Notes: generated by a model from the letters alone, not told the origin. Positions 8,466 to 18,246 are shown, numbered from the stretch's first letter. The stretch is 24,000 nucleotides of DNA from Candidatus Heimdallarchaeota archaeon (GCA_030668875.1 DAOVER010000010.1:1-24000), one strand, 5' to 3'. Translations and numbers: made by a program.

Positions 8466-10583
8466 ATGGATGATTACCATACTAAGACTAATTTGTTTGA
8501 ATTCCTCAAATTATTACAGAGAGGAGAGTTTAAGGAAATTAAAGGAGTTCTTGAAATCATTCAAGGTCTTAGCAAAATCATTGAAAAAACACTTAGCCCT
8601 TCTCTTGTACTCATTAACTTCTACGATCAAGAGACCCAGCTACTTATTCCTTTTTCAGTATCTGGTGCAGATGTAAAGAAGGAAGAATTAGAGTTTGAAA
8701 TGGATCCATTTGAAAGCGATAATCCTTACTCAGATATTTTTACTTCATCTAAGCCAATCTGGGTCCAAGTGGATTCACTTTCAGAGGAATTTGAACTAAA
8801 AATAAAACTCACTGAAAAAGGCATTAAAGAAGCGATAATTACACCATTAATATATGATGATTCAATCATAATAGGTACGCTCACAACCTTTCTATTTCCT
8901 GAAACTAAGAAATATAATGAGGAATATTATTTTGAAATAATTAATGGTGTTTCCCACACAATATCATCATTAATATCTTCTTGGGTTGAAGAATACAGTT
9001 CCTTCCTTAAACAGCAACAAACCGAACTTATTGTCGAGATGTCTAATCTCACATTAGAAACAACTGAAGTTAAAATTATTCTCAACAATATTCTCCCCGA
9101 AGTTAAGAAGAGAACAGATATTGAGAGTATAGGCGTTTTTATCAAAGACATTGACCATTTTGCACTTATTCAGCATATTGGTTTAAATGAGGATATTGTC
9201 AGTTATTATTCCAAGCCCAATTTTGAGATATCTAATTTGTCGTACTTCAACACATCAAACAAAATAGAGGATGTAGATTTTTCAATCTATCCTGAACAAT
9301 TTGGTGTTATACTCCCAATTGGTTCAACAAATATTATGCTTGGATTTCTTCTAATATTATCACCTTCCAAGGAGAACCTATTAGAAGCCAACATTCATTT
9401 CCTTAGAATCTTAGCAAATCAACTTTTTCTCACCCTCCAACGTAAAAGATTGCTTGATGATATTCAGCAAATAACACAAACCTCTGAATATTCTTCTTTT
9501 CCTATCTTGCTTGTTAACAACAAAAATGAGATATTATACCTTAACAAACAAGCTGAAAAAACTTTCAATCTAAGTCATGACGAAGTTATAGGACTGAAAC
9601 TGGATTATTCCTTAAAATTACAAGAAGAAAAAGCAATCCTAATTCGAGATAAAATAAGCGATGTAATAACTAATATTGCTAAAGGAACAATGAAATTAGA
9701 CATTGAAGTAGCTCAATTGGGTAAGTTAGATGCCCGAACGTTCTTTGTTCAACTATCACCTACAATAAACAATCTTACAGGAGAATATTGTGTAGCATTG
9801 TCTCTTGTTGACATATCTGAAGCAACAAAGCTTCAATCAATTGCAGAAGAGTATTCAAATAGATCACGAATGTATCTGAATGTACTTACACATGACATTT
9901 ACAACATACTCTTCGGTATTTCTGGTTACTATGAATTATTAGATGACAAAGGTTCTCCAGAAGAGAATCAAGTTATTCAACGAGTAAGCACCCTTGTAAA
10001 AAGAGGAACAGCCATAGTTCAAGATATTAGATTACTCTCAAGTGTACTGGATATCTCAACGAGCTCAGAAAGAATGTTCATCCCACTGAAAATGACAATT
10101 GAACGAGTCATAACAAAAATTAAGGAAGAATTTGAAGACAAGGAAATTGACATCACTAATGTTCTTCCAACAGAAATGCGAGTAGTTGCGGGTGTTTTTC
10201 TTTACGAACTATTTCTCTATACTCTTACAAGTTTGATTCAACAATCTTCAAATAATGAAGTGAAAATTGAGATTTTGGGTGAGCAATCTTACATTGAAGA
10301 TGAGCCGTTTGTGAAGGTTAAAATCATTGATAGGGAAGGAACACATCCTGAAATAAGAGAAGAAATTAGAAGAGCTCTCAGTTTATCACCTTTTGACGAA
10401 ACTGTTCGTAAACATCTTGGATTTATGATTGTAAATGAAATAGCTAAAAAATACAACTATTCAGTCAAGATGATAGAAATAGATGAAAAAGACTGGAAAA
10501 AAGGATCAATTTTTGAAATTACAATGCCAATTCTAATTGAATCAGAAAAGGAAGAAATGAAAAAAAGTTCTACAACCGGGTAA
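8466..10583 (+). CDS. Multidomain sensor protein: GAF-like region(s), PAS domain, histidine-kinase-like C-terminus
   Basis: PAS region FPILLVNNKNEILYLNKQAEKTFNLSHDEVIGLKL; H-box-like LNVLTHDIYNILFGISGYYELL; degenerate ATPase region IIDREGTHPEIREEI ... HLGFMIVNEIAKKY. Confidence 0.78.
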   Translation: MDDYHTKTNLFEFLKLLQRGEFKEIKGVLEIIQGLSKIIEKTLSPSLVLINFYDQETQLLIPFSVSGADVKKEELEFEMDPFESDNPYSDIFTSSKPIWVQVDSLSEEFELKIKLTEKGIKEAIITPLIYDDSIIIGTLTTFLFPETKKYNEEYYFEIINGVSHTISSLISSWVEEYSSFLKQQQTELIVEMSNLTLETTEVKIILNNILPEVKKRTDIESIGVFIKDIDHFALIQHIGLNEDIVSYYSKPNFEISNLSYFNTSNKIEDVDFSIYPEQFGVILPIGSTNIMLGFLLILSPSKENLLEANIHFLRILANQLFLTLQRKRLLDDIQQITQTSEYSSFPILLVNNKNEILYLNKQAEKTFNLSHDEVIGLKLDYSLKLQEEKAILIRDKISDVITNIAKGTMKLDIEVAQLGKLDARTFFVQLSPTINNLTGEYCVALSLVDISEATKLQSIAEEYSNRSRMYLNVLTHDIYNILFGISGYYELLDDKGSPEENQVIQRVSTLVKRGTAIVQDIRLLSSVLDISTSSERMFIPLKMTIERVITKIKEEFEDKEIDITNVLPTEMRVVAGVFLYELFLYTLTSLIQQSSNNEVKIEILGEQSYIEDEPFVKVKIIDREGTHPEIREEIRRALSLSPFDETVRKHLGFMIVNEIAKKYNYSVKMIEIDEKDWKKGSIFEITMPILIESEKEEMKKSSTTG

Positions 10584-10839
10584 CAAAGGTCATTTGAATA
10601 GATGAAATTTCCTCTAATGAATTCAATAATTCTTCAAGTTTATCTTGAGCACCATCTTCCTCAGGTATGATGAATTGCCCGATTATACCGACCATACCAA
10701 AAAATAATGGTTTTTCTTCAGGATTATCTTGCATTTGGAATTTTGGATCTAGACTATTTCTTATTTCTTCTTCGAGTTTCTTTGGAGTTACATCGACAGA
10801 TTCAGGACGAATCTCGTAAACTAATAATACTTTACCCAT
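10570..10839 (-). CDS. Archaeal translation elongation factor EF-1 beta
   Basis: MGKVLLVYEIRPESVDVTPKKLEEEIRNSL ... PLFFGMVGIIGQFIIPEEDGAQDKLEELLNSLEEISSIQ. Start taken at MGKV, preceded by a GAGGTG Shine-Dalgarno-like motif; ORF track starts at 10848. Confidence 0.9.
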   Translation of the reverse strand: MGKVLLVYEIRPESVDVTPKKLEEEIRNSLDPKFQMQDNPEEKPLFFGMVGIIGQFIIPEEDGAQDKLEELLNSLEEISSIQMTFVTRL

Positions 10840-10851
10840 TATGAACACCTC

Positions 10852-11043
10852 TTATGGACCTTTGAAGCCGCATTTTGGACAGAGATATTCATTTCCAAAA
10901 AGCCTACATTTTTGACAGCGTACAATTATTACATCATTACAGTTAGGGCACGAAAAGCGTGTAGTTCCTTCTTCACTAGGACTAATGGTTTTGTTACAGC
11001 TTGTGCATCTAGGCATATCAATCATTTTACTCATAGTCTTCAC
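10852..11043 (-). CDS. Small Zn-ribbon RNA-binding protein typical of the aEF-1beta neighbourhood
   Basis: CTSC...FSCPNC...[21 protein letters not shown]: four CxxC-type pairs, directly upstream of EF-1 beta. Start codon uncertain among several Met residues. Confidence 0.85.
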   Translation of the reverse strand: MKTMSKMIDMPRCTSCNKTISPSEEGTTRFSCPNCNDVIIVRCQKCRLFGNEYLCPKCGFKGP

Positions 11044-11217
11044 TACTGTTATATCTATAGGATACGGATAGAAGGGTGTTTTAAGCTTTTTGACTTAAAC
11101 CATTTTCTGTTTTTCAATATGTTATTACAAAAAAATTATCATAAAGGTTATAATCATGACATGTCCATCTTAGTGTAGAAGAAATACAATACTCTGCATT
11201 GCAAAAGGACGATAAAT

Positions 11218-12375
11218 ATGAGCGGTTATTCTCCGACTTGGACAAACAAAGGTAGTGACAAATTACGAGCATTGCAAACTACAAAAATACTAATGAATAC
11301 ATTAAAACGAATAATATCATCGTTTGATATTACCAAAAAAGAAAATGAAGAAGCAATAATCTCTATCCTTGCTGATGTAATTTTCAATAATTTTACTCCA
11401 CATAGAGATCTAAGTATTGAAGATCAATTTGATTCATTAGTAGAATTCCTTGGTTGGAAAACTTTGAACATTGAGAAGAAGGAAGAAAGCGCGATAGTCA
11501 ATTTAGGTGCTAATCGATTTATTTCTTCAGAATCTACGGATCTCTCTTATCTCCTGATTGTTTCAGGTATAGTACGAGCTCTCGGATATTTTCTGTTTGA
11601 GTCAGATGTTATAGTTGAACAAATCCCTAGTCAATTTGAATCTCGGCAGATGCAGATTATTATACAAAAGATTGAACATCCAATACCCTCAGTTGGAGAA
11701 AAAATTATTGAAACTGAAACCAGTGCCTTGACGTACAAACCTATAGTGGATATGCAACAAAATATAATTCAATCAAGCAAACCACAACTTTCGACAGAGG
11801 AAGAGGAGATTAGATCCTCAATTGGATTAAATCTAGAAGATACATTCTCTCCAATCTTGAAAAATTATCCAATTACTAAGGTATTACCGATTTTTCATCA
11901 AGTATTAGCTGAAATAATTACTACTTTCTTTAGTGATATGGAGGATGCAAATGTAATAAAGGCTAAAGCTGAATTTACAGAGAATCACATATTATATCTT
12001 ATAGAAATCCTACTTACGAATATACGAGATGCTGACCAAAACATGCGAGAGATATCCTCAATGATTGGTCAATATGTCATTAAAACAATTAAAACTAATT
12101 CTGAAGATGATTTGTTAAAACATCTACCAGATGATATTACTTCAACAGTATCCCGCCGAGTTGCATATGTTGAATTTTCTGCTAGAAGCTATTGTACATA
12201 TGCTCCTGGAGAGAAATGTGTCGAAGGAAAAAGGGATTTGTGTGATTTTGTTCTTTATATGTGGGAGGGGATGTTAGAAAACCTCCTGCCAGATAAAATA
12301 TTTACAATTGGAGAGCGAATTCCTGCAACTCGAAGAGGTAAATTCTGCTTAGTTGAATTTCTAAAGGGTAAATAG
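11218..12375 (+). CDS. Hypothetical protein with C-terminal V4R-like cysteine-containing region
   Basis: 385 aa. C-terminus SYCTYAPGEKCVEGKRDLCDFVLYMWEGMLENLLPDKIFTIGERIPATRRGKFCLVEF resembles the C-terminal pattern of V4R-type domains; family call is tentative. Confidence 0.7.
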   Translation: MSGYSPTWTNKGSDKLRALQTTKILMNTLKRIISSFDITKKENEEAIISILADVIFNNFTPHRDLSIEDQFDSLVEFLGWKTLNIEKKEESAIVNLGANRFISSESTDLSYLLIVSGIVRALGYFLFESDVIVEQIPSQFESRQMQIIIQKIEHPIPSVGEKIIETETSALTYKPIVDMQQNIIQSSKPQLSTEEEEIRSSIGLNLEDTFSPILKNYPITKVLPIFHQVLAEIITTFFSDMEDANVIKAKAEFTENHILYLIEILLTNIRDADQNMREISSMIGQYVIKTIKTNSEDDLLKHLPDDITSTVSRRVAYVEFSARSYCTYAPGEKCVEGKRDLCDFVLYMWEGMLENLLPDKIFTIGERIPATRRGKFCLVEFLKGK

Positions 12376-12398
12376 TAAAAAACATTTTTCCCATCTAG
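12271..12398 (+). repeat. Direct repeat copy 1 (3' end of the 11218..12375 gene plus downstream bases)
   Basis: First 105 nt (through the stop) differ from copy 2 at only 5 positions. Confidence 0.95.
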
Positions 12399-12800
12399 GT
12401 TTGTTGTTATCCAATCAAGTATCCCGTATTTGTATATGTAAAAATCGAACTGTGCTTGTTTAATTAAGTGTTTATTCTTGGAAAAAGTTTAATGTCCCTA
12501 TTATTGGTATTATTTCAAAATCAGCAAATTTGTGTGCATATCCTTCTTCTTTTGGCTCTGCTTTTACTCCTTTTTCCATCACTCTTTACCATTTGAATCG
12601 CCACTTTAACGTACTTTCTTGTACATTTAAGCCTTGTGTGGCAAAATTATCTGTGGGGCAGTGAAAGTAAAGAGATTTGCAGTTTGAAGTTTTCAGTTCT
12701 TCTTAATGTGTTTTTTTCATTCAAATAAAAGTATTATAACAGGAAGTTCAAAATTTACCAGAAACATTTAATTTACGTAATAAACATTTATGTGATAATC

Positions 12801-13099
12801 ATGATAGGACAAGGACAAGTACCAGTTATATTTTGAAAGAAGGTACTGTAAGAGTCACAGGTCGAGATGCTCAAAGAAACAATATCACAACTGCTTCTAT
12901 TATTACAGACACTATTAAGAGCACTCTGGGGTCCAAAGGTGTGGACAAATTATTAGTTTATAGTCTTGGAAATATCTAAATTTCCAATGAAGGAATGTTA
13001 CAAAACCTCCTGCCAGATAAAACATTTACAATTGGAGAGCGAATTCCTGCAACTCGAAGAGGTAAATTCTGCTTAGTTGAATTTCTTAAGGGTGAATAA
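12801..13099 (+). pseudogene. Chimeric pseudogene: N-terminal group II chaperonin (thermosome) fragment joined to a copy of the 3' end of the neighbouring gene
   Basis: Starts [10 protein letters not shown], then a frameshift near 12831, then [47 protein letters not shown], in-frame TAA at 12977..12979, then ISNEG-MLQNLLPDKTFTIGERIPATRRGKFCLVEFLKGE and stop. Confidence 0.88.
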
Positions 13100-13123
13100 A
13101 GGAAAACATTTTTTCCATCCATT
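12995..13123 (+). repeat. Direct repeat copy 2, 724 bp downstream of copy 1
   Basis: atgttacaaaacctcctgccagataaaacatttacaattggagagcgaattcctgc... matches 12271 onward at about 95% through the stop codon, then weaker similarity. Confidence 0.95.
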
Positions 13124-13219
13124 TTTAGTAACCTTTAAAATATAAACTGTCCATTGTGGGAGTAGATATATTCGAAAAGAATTTAGTAATGCTGAATTTA
13201 AACAATTGAGAGTGATAAT

Positions 13220-13684
13220 ATGGGAAGACGAGTTGTAAAAAAAGTCTATAGAGACACTTATGCAAGAGGACAAAGAGATGACAAAGAATTTGACAACAGG
13301 TATATAGTCAAAATCGAGTTAATATCAATAAAAGTCTTAGAAGATCGAGATTTGTTTGGAAACGAATCTGAGTTGTACTTCCGTGTGGGACGAAGACCTG
13401 CTTTTAGTGGAAGAATTCCAAATAGAGGCACAATAAACATGGAAAAGAATGAGCTTTGGAAACCCCCAGAAGGGCTTACACTATATACAGAATTTGTAAC
13501 AATGTCTCATGGTGGTGTTATTGGTGTTCCTTTCCATCTCTTTGAACGTGATCCTGGAAAGAATGATGATGAAATTATTAATATTGAATTATCAGTTCCT
13601 CTCGGTTCATCAGACTACCAGGTAATAACACAAAACTCTGTCAAAATAAAACTAAAGCTATCAGGTCTTAAAACAAGATATTAG
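13220..13684 (+). CDS. Hypothetical 154-aa protein, predicted beta-rich
   Basis: Intact ORF with many alternating hydrophobic strands; tail-to-tail with the downstream reductase, 4-nt overlap. Confidence 0.65.
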   Translation: MGRRVVKKVYRDTYARGQRDDKEFDNRYIVKIELISIKVLEDRDLFGNESELYFRVGRRPAFSGRIPNRGTINMEKNELWKPPEGLTLYTEFVTMSHGGVIGVPFHLFERDPGKNDDEIINIELSVPLGSSDYQVITQNSVKIKLKLSGLKTRY

Positions 13685-14916
13685 TTTTTTTTGAATAAAA
13701 ATCTCATACCTGTACCCAGAAGAAATGGCCACAACCTAAGGTTGAAAATCATGCGAAAAACAATCTTTGCTTGGTTATCAACATCTCCAAATCGTGAGAT
13801 CTTCTTTTTTATTTTTGGTTTATTTAATAAATTGAACAGTTTTTCAACGTGCTCATCTTTAAGAGAATTCAGATAATTTCTCACTAATTTCATTACATCC
13901 AGATTCCTTCTAAATTCCTTCCTCCATCTTTTCTCATATTCAGACAAGAATTTGGATGAAAAGTCTGCATTTTTTATTGCTTGGCTTGAGATATTGCCTG
14001 CAATTTTTGCAGCTATACCACCAAAGATTACACCGCCTCCAGTTGTGGGTTTAGTCTGTCCTGCAGCATCTCCAACAACAAGTACATTATCAGCATAAGT
14101 TCTTTTAATATAAGACCCAATCGGAATAACGCCACTCATTCGTTTTTCAATTGTTGCTGAAGATAATTTCTGTTTAATAATAGGGTGTGAGTTAATTAGA
14201 TTTTCAAGAGACTTACCAGCAGGAGGATTAGTAACTCCTAGCCCAACTTTCGCTCTTTTTTCATCTATGGGGATAATCCAACCAAAAAAACCTGGCACTA
14301 AATTATTGCTCTGATAAATTTCCACAAATTCTCTCTCGATATCTTTTACTCCAGACATGATAAATTGAGAGGCATACACAATATTATTACGTGATGGACT
14401 AGGTAGGTTGAATTTTTCATTTAAAGCGGGGAATCTACCTTCAGCGAGTATAACCATTTTAGATTTGATTTTTTGTGTTGTATTTCTTTTACCAAGAATA
14501 TACTTCAGATGATTATTGGTTCTTTTAATATTAAGAACTCTGGAAGAAGTTCGTATCTTCACACCTAGTTCAATTGCTTGAGAAGACAAATGAGAGTCAA
14601 AGCCAGCTCTATCCACAACCCAAGCAGTGGGTTTATTCTTTTCTACAACAATTAGTTCACCTTTTGGTGAATAAATTTTAGAGCCTCGAATGTCTTTGTT
14701 TTGAATTACAGTAGGAGGCAAATTAAGGAGATTAAGGGATTTTAAGCCATCGATGCTGAGCAGACCTGCACAATGTTCATGACGACCAATTACTTTTTTT
14801 GATTCAAGTAATGTAACTCCCACGCCCTTCTTTGATGCAGAAATTGCTGAGAGTAGACCGGCAGGACCGCCTCCAACCACCACTAAATCATCTTCTGACT
14901 CAATCACATGAAACAA
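13681..14916 (-). CDS. Geranylgeranyl reductase family FAD-dependent oxidoreductase
   Basis: Rossmann motif DLVVVGGGPAGLLSAISASKKGVGVTLLE, HEHCAGLLSIDGL, and DNVLVVGDAAGQTKPTTGGGVIFGG. Confidence 0.88.
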   Translation of the reverse strand: MFHVIESEDDLVVVGGGPAGLLSAISASKKGVGVTLLESKKVIGRHEHCAGLLSIDGLKSLNLLNLPPTVIQNKDIRGSKIYSPKGELIVVEKNKPTAWVVDRAGFDSHLSSQAIELGVKIRTSSRVLNIKRTNNHLKYILGKRNTTQKIKSKMVILAEGRFPALNEKFNLPSPSRNNIVYASQFIMSGVKDIEREFVEIYQSNNLVPGFFGWIIPIDEKRAKVGLGVTNPPAGKSLENLINSHPIIKQKLSSATIEKRMSGVIPIGSYIKRTYADNVLVVGDAAGQTKPTTGGGVIFGGIAAKIAGNISSQAIKNADFSSKFLSEYEKRWRKEFRRNLDVMKLVRNYLNSLKDEHVEKLFNLLNKPKIKKKISRFGDVDNQAKIVFRMIFNLRLWPFLLGTGMRFLFKKN

Positions 14917-14993
14917 AGACCATGACTAGTTTAAAATAGTATGGAAAATAGCAATAATGATTTTTAACTTCTTTAAATTCCAGATTCTAGTTT

Positions 14994-15269
14994 CTACAAT
15001 GCACCTGATTTTGATAAATATTCTCTCAATTTTAGATTTTTTCCAGTTTTGATATTTTCTCGGATAATGTGTTTTTCAAGAGATTTAAGTAAGAATGTTG
15101 AGTCACTTTTTGATTGGAAAGATGATCTAATGACCATTAAAATTTTGCCACAATCAGTACAGATTATCTCCTTTGTCGAAAATTCTTCGTTTTCAGCATC
15201 GAAAACGGTTACATATCTTTGACATCTGGAACAATATATAGTGTCTATCTCATATAGCATTTTTCTCAC
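14994..15269 (-). CDS. Small zinc-ribbon protein of unknown function
   Basis: 91 aa with YCSRCQRYVTVFD ... IICTDCGKILMV, two CxxC knuckles. Confidence 0.65.
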   Translation of the reverse strand: MRKMLYEIDTIYCSRCQRYVTVFDAENEEFSTKEIICTDCGKILMVIRSSFQSKSDSTFLLKSLEKHIIRENIKTGKNLKLREYLSKSGAL

Positions 15270-15428
15270 CCATTTATCTATATTTGTACCTATTTCTTAT
15301 TTTAACATAGACATTCACATTTAAAGGAAAAGTATTATGCAAATAGATATGTGGGAAATATATTATATTTATAAAGAACTTAAAAACAAACTTGCTTTCT
15401 GAAAACTTTTTTGATTCTAGGTGTGTAA

Positions 15429-16190
15429 TTAAGTTTCAATTTTTCTCAAATATTTCTTCTGTTTTTCATCTAAACGTCTCATTCTCAGTAAACCTTCATA
15501 GTACCAACACACGATTGTTCGGTTCATGTTTTTTACATTCTTTTGATGAACTTTGTCGTCATTTTCAAACCTTCGTAAAAAAAGATGTTTATCTGAAGAA
15601 AAAAGTGTTATCTCTTCGGTATGATTAGCTCGCTTGAATCTAAATGTCTTACATTTCTCATTTTGTTTTGAGTCAACTCGATGTCGGAAAGCTTTTTTCC
15701 CATATATTTTAACATACTCACTTATTTTATTGATTATAGCATCAAGAGGCATGTATCCTATCTGTTTTTCCTCTTGTGTGATCTTATCAAAATCTAACTT
15801 TATTTCATCAATCTCTATCAGATTCTCAATTAGTTTTGTTTCAATGATTGCTCCCCTATCTTCAAAAACCTCCCACTTCAATTTATGATCGGAATCAGAT
15901 TGACCATCACCATAATAATAGATTGATTCAGTTTGAGGACTATAGGTAACCTTCATTACACCATCAGGATATATTTTTTCTTTTACCTTATTCGAGATAG
16001 TAACACCATTTTCTTCAGATATTTTTCTATAGGCTGTTTGATATCCTTCAGTAATATCTATCTGTTCAAAGCTTTCTGAAGGTTTATTCTCGTCATTTTT
16101 ACCTACACGCAGCATTTTCTTTCCTCTTGTAATCTTACTGTTAACTATGAATAAGTCTGAAAGAAATTGCGAACTTCTCTTCTTAAACAA
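15429..16190 (-). CDS. Hypothetical protein, 253 aa
   Basis: Intact ORF, no recognised motif. An internal Met (MLRVGKNDE) may be the true start. Confidence 0.6.
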   Translation of the reverse strand: MFKKRSSQFLSDLFIVNSKITRGKKMLRVGKNDENKPSESFEQIDITEGYQTAYRKISEENGVTISNKVKEKIYPDGVMKVTYSPQTESIYYYGDGQSDSDHKLKWEVFEDRGAIIETKLIENLIEIDEIKLDFDKITQEEKQIGYMPLDAIINKISEYVKIYGKKAFRHRVDSKQNEKCKTFRFKRANHTEEITLFSSDKHLFLRRFENDDKVHQKNVKNMNRTIVCWYYEGLLRMRRLDEKQKKYLRKIET

Positions 16191-16406
16191 GATTCAAGTG
16201 CTAATAACAGTAAAACTGCTTCATCAATAAAATGGATAAGTATTATCCACGCAATATCTACATGTTGAGTAAAGTGCTTATCTCTTCTCGACATTCACAA
16301 TTTCAAATATCTTTTTGCAATAAATTGCTGAGAGCACAAGTATCTTAGAAGCACTTACAAAAGCATGTAAAGTATCAAACACAAATCACAAAGCCTAATG
16401 GTAAGG

Positions 16407-16416
16407 TTTATAAATA
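16407..16416 (+). promoter_or_regulatory. Probable archaeal TATA box for the 16470..18939 cassette
   Basis: aaggTTTATAAATActta, a near-consensus TATA element about 55 nt before the first start codon. Confidence 0.7.
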
Positions 16417-16469
16417 CTTACAGAATATTGTATATTAACACACAAAAAGTGTAACAATAGGTGAGAAAC

Positions 16470-16592
16470 ATGAGACAAAGTGAAACGATAAGAACATTGG
16501 ATCAAGAGATCCGCAAGTTAAAAGATGAATTAAATCAACTTCAAAGAGCAAAAAGAGTGTTGAAAAGAAGATCAGAAGGAGTAGCAATTTAA
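16470..16592 (+). CDS. 40-aa basic coiled-coil small protein (missing from the supplied ORF track)
   Basis: MRQSETIRTLDQEIRKLKDELNQLQRAKRVLKRRSEGVAI, with GGTGA ribosome-binding motif 5 nt upstream of the ATG (ataGGTGAgaaacATG) and the TATA box above. Confidence 0.65.
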   Translation: MRQSETIRTLDQEIRKLKDELNQLQRAKRVLKRRSEGVAI

Positions 16593-16602
16593 GGTGAGAA
16601 TC

Positions 16603-16806
16603 TTGAACCAACATGACTTTGAAAATGATTTTGATGAACACTTAGAAGAGTGGATGGTTGAGTTTAAGAGTTCCATGATGGAACTCAAAGAATCTATGAA
16701 AGAAATGGTTCTAGACTTAAAGGACACCATGAACGAGCTGAAATATGATCTAAAAGAAATATTTGACTCCAGCGAAATTTCCGAAGAGAGGGAGAGTATT
16801 TTTTAA
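16603..16806 (+). CDS. Small acidic coiled-coil protein
   Basis: Track ORF 16594..16806. The GTG at 16594 lies inside the GGTGA motif, so a TTG start at 16603 is preferred. Sequence has a heptad-like MVEFKSSMMELKESMKEMVLDLKDTMNELKYDLKEIF. Confidence 0.65.
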   Translation: MNQHDFENDFDEHLEEWMVEFKSSMMELKESMKEMVLDLKDTMNELKYDLKEIFDSSEISEERESIF

Positions 16807-16821
16807 TTAAGGTGAAATAAA

Positions 16822-18246
16822 ATGGCGGAAGAAAAAGAACTAAGAGAGGAAATTGCTGAGCTAAAGGCCAGCATAAAAGAACTACAAAAGCACCAAGCTA
16901 ACGCATACAAAGATCTAGACGATGAAGAAAGAGCTACTAAGTCAGCGTCTGAGAAAAAACAAGATAAAATCAAAAGAGATGATAAAAGAAAAATCGAGCG
17001 AGACATTAATAAGACAAAACGCAGGTCTGAACGTTCCATCCATGCTGAGCCTCTGGAAGAAACAAGTCCATTAAAACCAATAAAAGTAGTAAAACCAGTA
17101 AGAATAGTAAAACCAGTAAGACCTCCAAGGCCAGCAAGGCCAGCAAGACCTGTTAGTCCTAGAGCTTTCAAAGGATTTGAGGGACGAATCAATTTTGAAT
17201 CAGAAGATTTCAAGGATTCACTGAAGGATTTTACTAAGAGAGTTGAAAAAGCAGCAAAAGAAGGAGAAAAAGTAGCAAAAGAGATTACAGACAAACTTAC
17301 TAAAAAAATACAAAAAGCATTGGAAAAAGAAAATGAAAGGTTAAGAGAGGCTGTAGATATTTCAACTGAAGAATATGAAGAGATAATTGATAAAATAGAG
17401 GACTTTAGAACAGAGATAGATGATGCTCAACAAAACATAGATGAAGAAAGAGCCACACTAATAGAAGCTCAACGAGAAATGGGTATGGCAAAACGAAGAA
17501 TGGAACGTGCTTATCAAGAAGGAGATCGAGAACTTCAACGCGAAGCTAAAGAAAAGTTAAGGGAAGCAACAGAGGAGTTACAAGATGCCAGGGATGATAT
17601 TAGAGACGCAAAAAATGAACTAACTCACGCAAAAAGGGAATTTGCTAGATTGCAAAGAAGAGCAGCGAAAATTCATGAGGCACAATCAAAGAACGGAGGA
17701 TCAAGAGTAATTCGAGTGGATGATGTTGATTTAGGGGCAACTTTCACAGAATATTCTGACAGAGTAATGTCTTCATTAGCTAAAAACCTTGAAAGCACAA
17801 TAAAAATTGCTGTTGATGGCGGTAGAAAAGCTATTAGAGGGGTTGCTACTCAAATAGAAAAAAATGGTGGTACCATCGTTATTGAGCATGAAGGCGCGAT
17901 AGATACTGAGGAATATGAAGAATTGACAGAAAAAACTGCAGATCTTTTATCAGCATTAGGAGACAAGAACAGATTGCTTCTTCTAAAAATACTTGAAAAT
18001 TCTCCACAATATCAAAAAGAGCTTGCAGAAGAAACAGGGTTGCGTGGTGGTACCTTTAAGCACCATACAGACATTCTCCAAGATGCTAATTTTATTACAA
18101 GAGAAGCAATTCGAGGAAGATATCTAATCACTCAATTAGGGATTGAAGCTCTCAAATTATCTGAATTGATACATTATCGTAAGAGACAACTAGAAAATTA
18201 CGAAAATGAAGATGATGACACAATCGACATTGATATTGAAGATTAA
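16822..18246 (+). CDS. Long coiled-coil protein with Pro/Arg-rich segment and C-terminal ArsR-like winged-helix domain
   Basis: 474 aa: KPVRIVKPVRPPRPARPARPVSPRAF tract, long charged coiled coil, then LLSALGDKNRLLLLKILENSPQYQKELAEETGLRGGTFKHHTDILQDANFITREAIRGRYLITQLG. Confidence 0.88.
   Translation: MAEEKELREEIAELKASIKELQKHQANAYKDLDDEERATKSASEKKQDKIKRDDKRKIERDINKTKRRSERSIHAEPLEETSPLKPIKVVKPVRIVKPVRPPRPARPARPVSPRAFKGFEGRINFESEDFKDSLKDFTKRVEKAAKEGEKVAKEITDKLTKKIQKALEKENERLREAVDISTEEYEEIIDKIEDFRTEIDDAQQNIDEERATLIEAQREMGMAKRRMERAYQEGDRELQREAKEKLREATEELQDARDDIRDAKNELTHAKREFARLQRRAAKIHEAQSKNGGSRVIRVDDVDLGATFTEYSDRVMSSLAKNLESTIKIAVDGGRKAIRGVATQIEKNGGTIVIEHEGAIDTEEYEELTEKTADLLSALGDKNRLLLLKILENSPQYQKELAEETGLRGGTFKHHTDILQDANFITREAIRGRYLITQLGIEALKLSELIHYRKRQLENYENEDDDTIDIDIED

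Noticed and set aside
12474-12581. 35-codon minus-strand ORF MEKGVKAEPKEEGYAHKFADFEIIPIIGTLNFFQE
   Set aside because: Too short, no recognised motif, in a decayed interval; could be a remnant but not supportable.
17071-17160. Tandem CCAGTAAGA / AGGCCAGCA repeats, considered as a repeat array
   Set aside because: They are codon-level repeats encoding the KPVR/RPAR tract within an intact CDS; not CRISPR or an independent repeat element.
16803-17294. 163-aa minus-strand ORF rich in Ser/Leu
   Set aside because: Antisense shadow of the Glu/Lys-rich coiled-coil gene 16822..18246.
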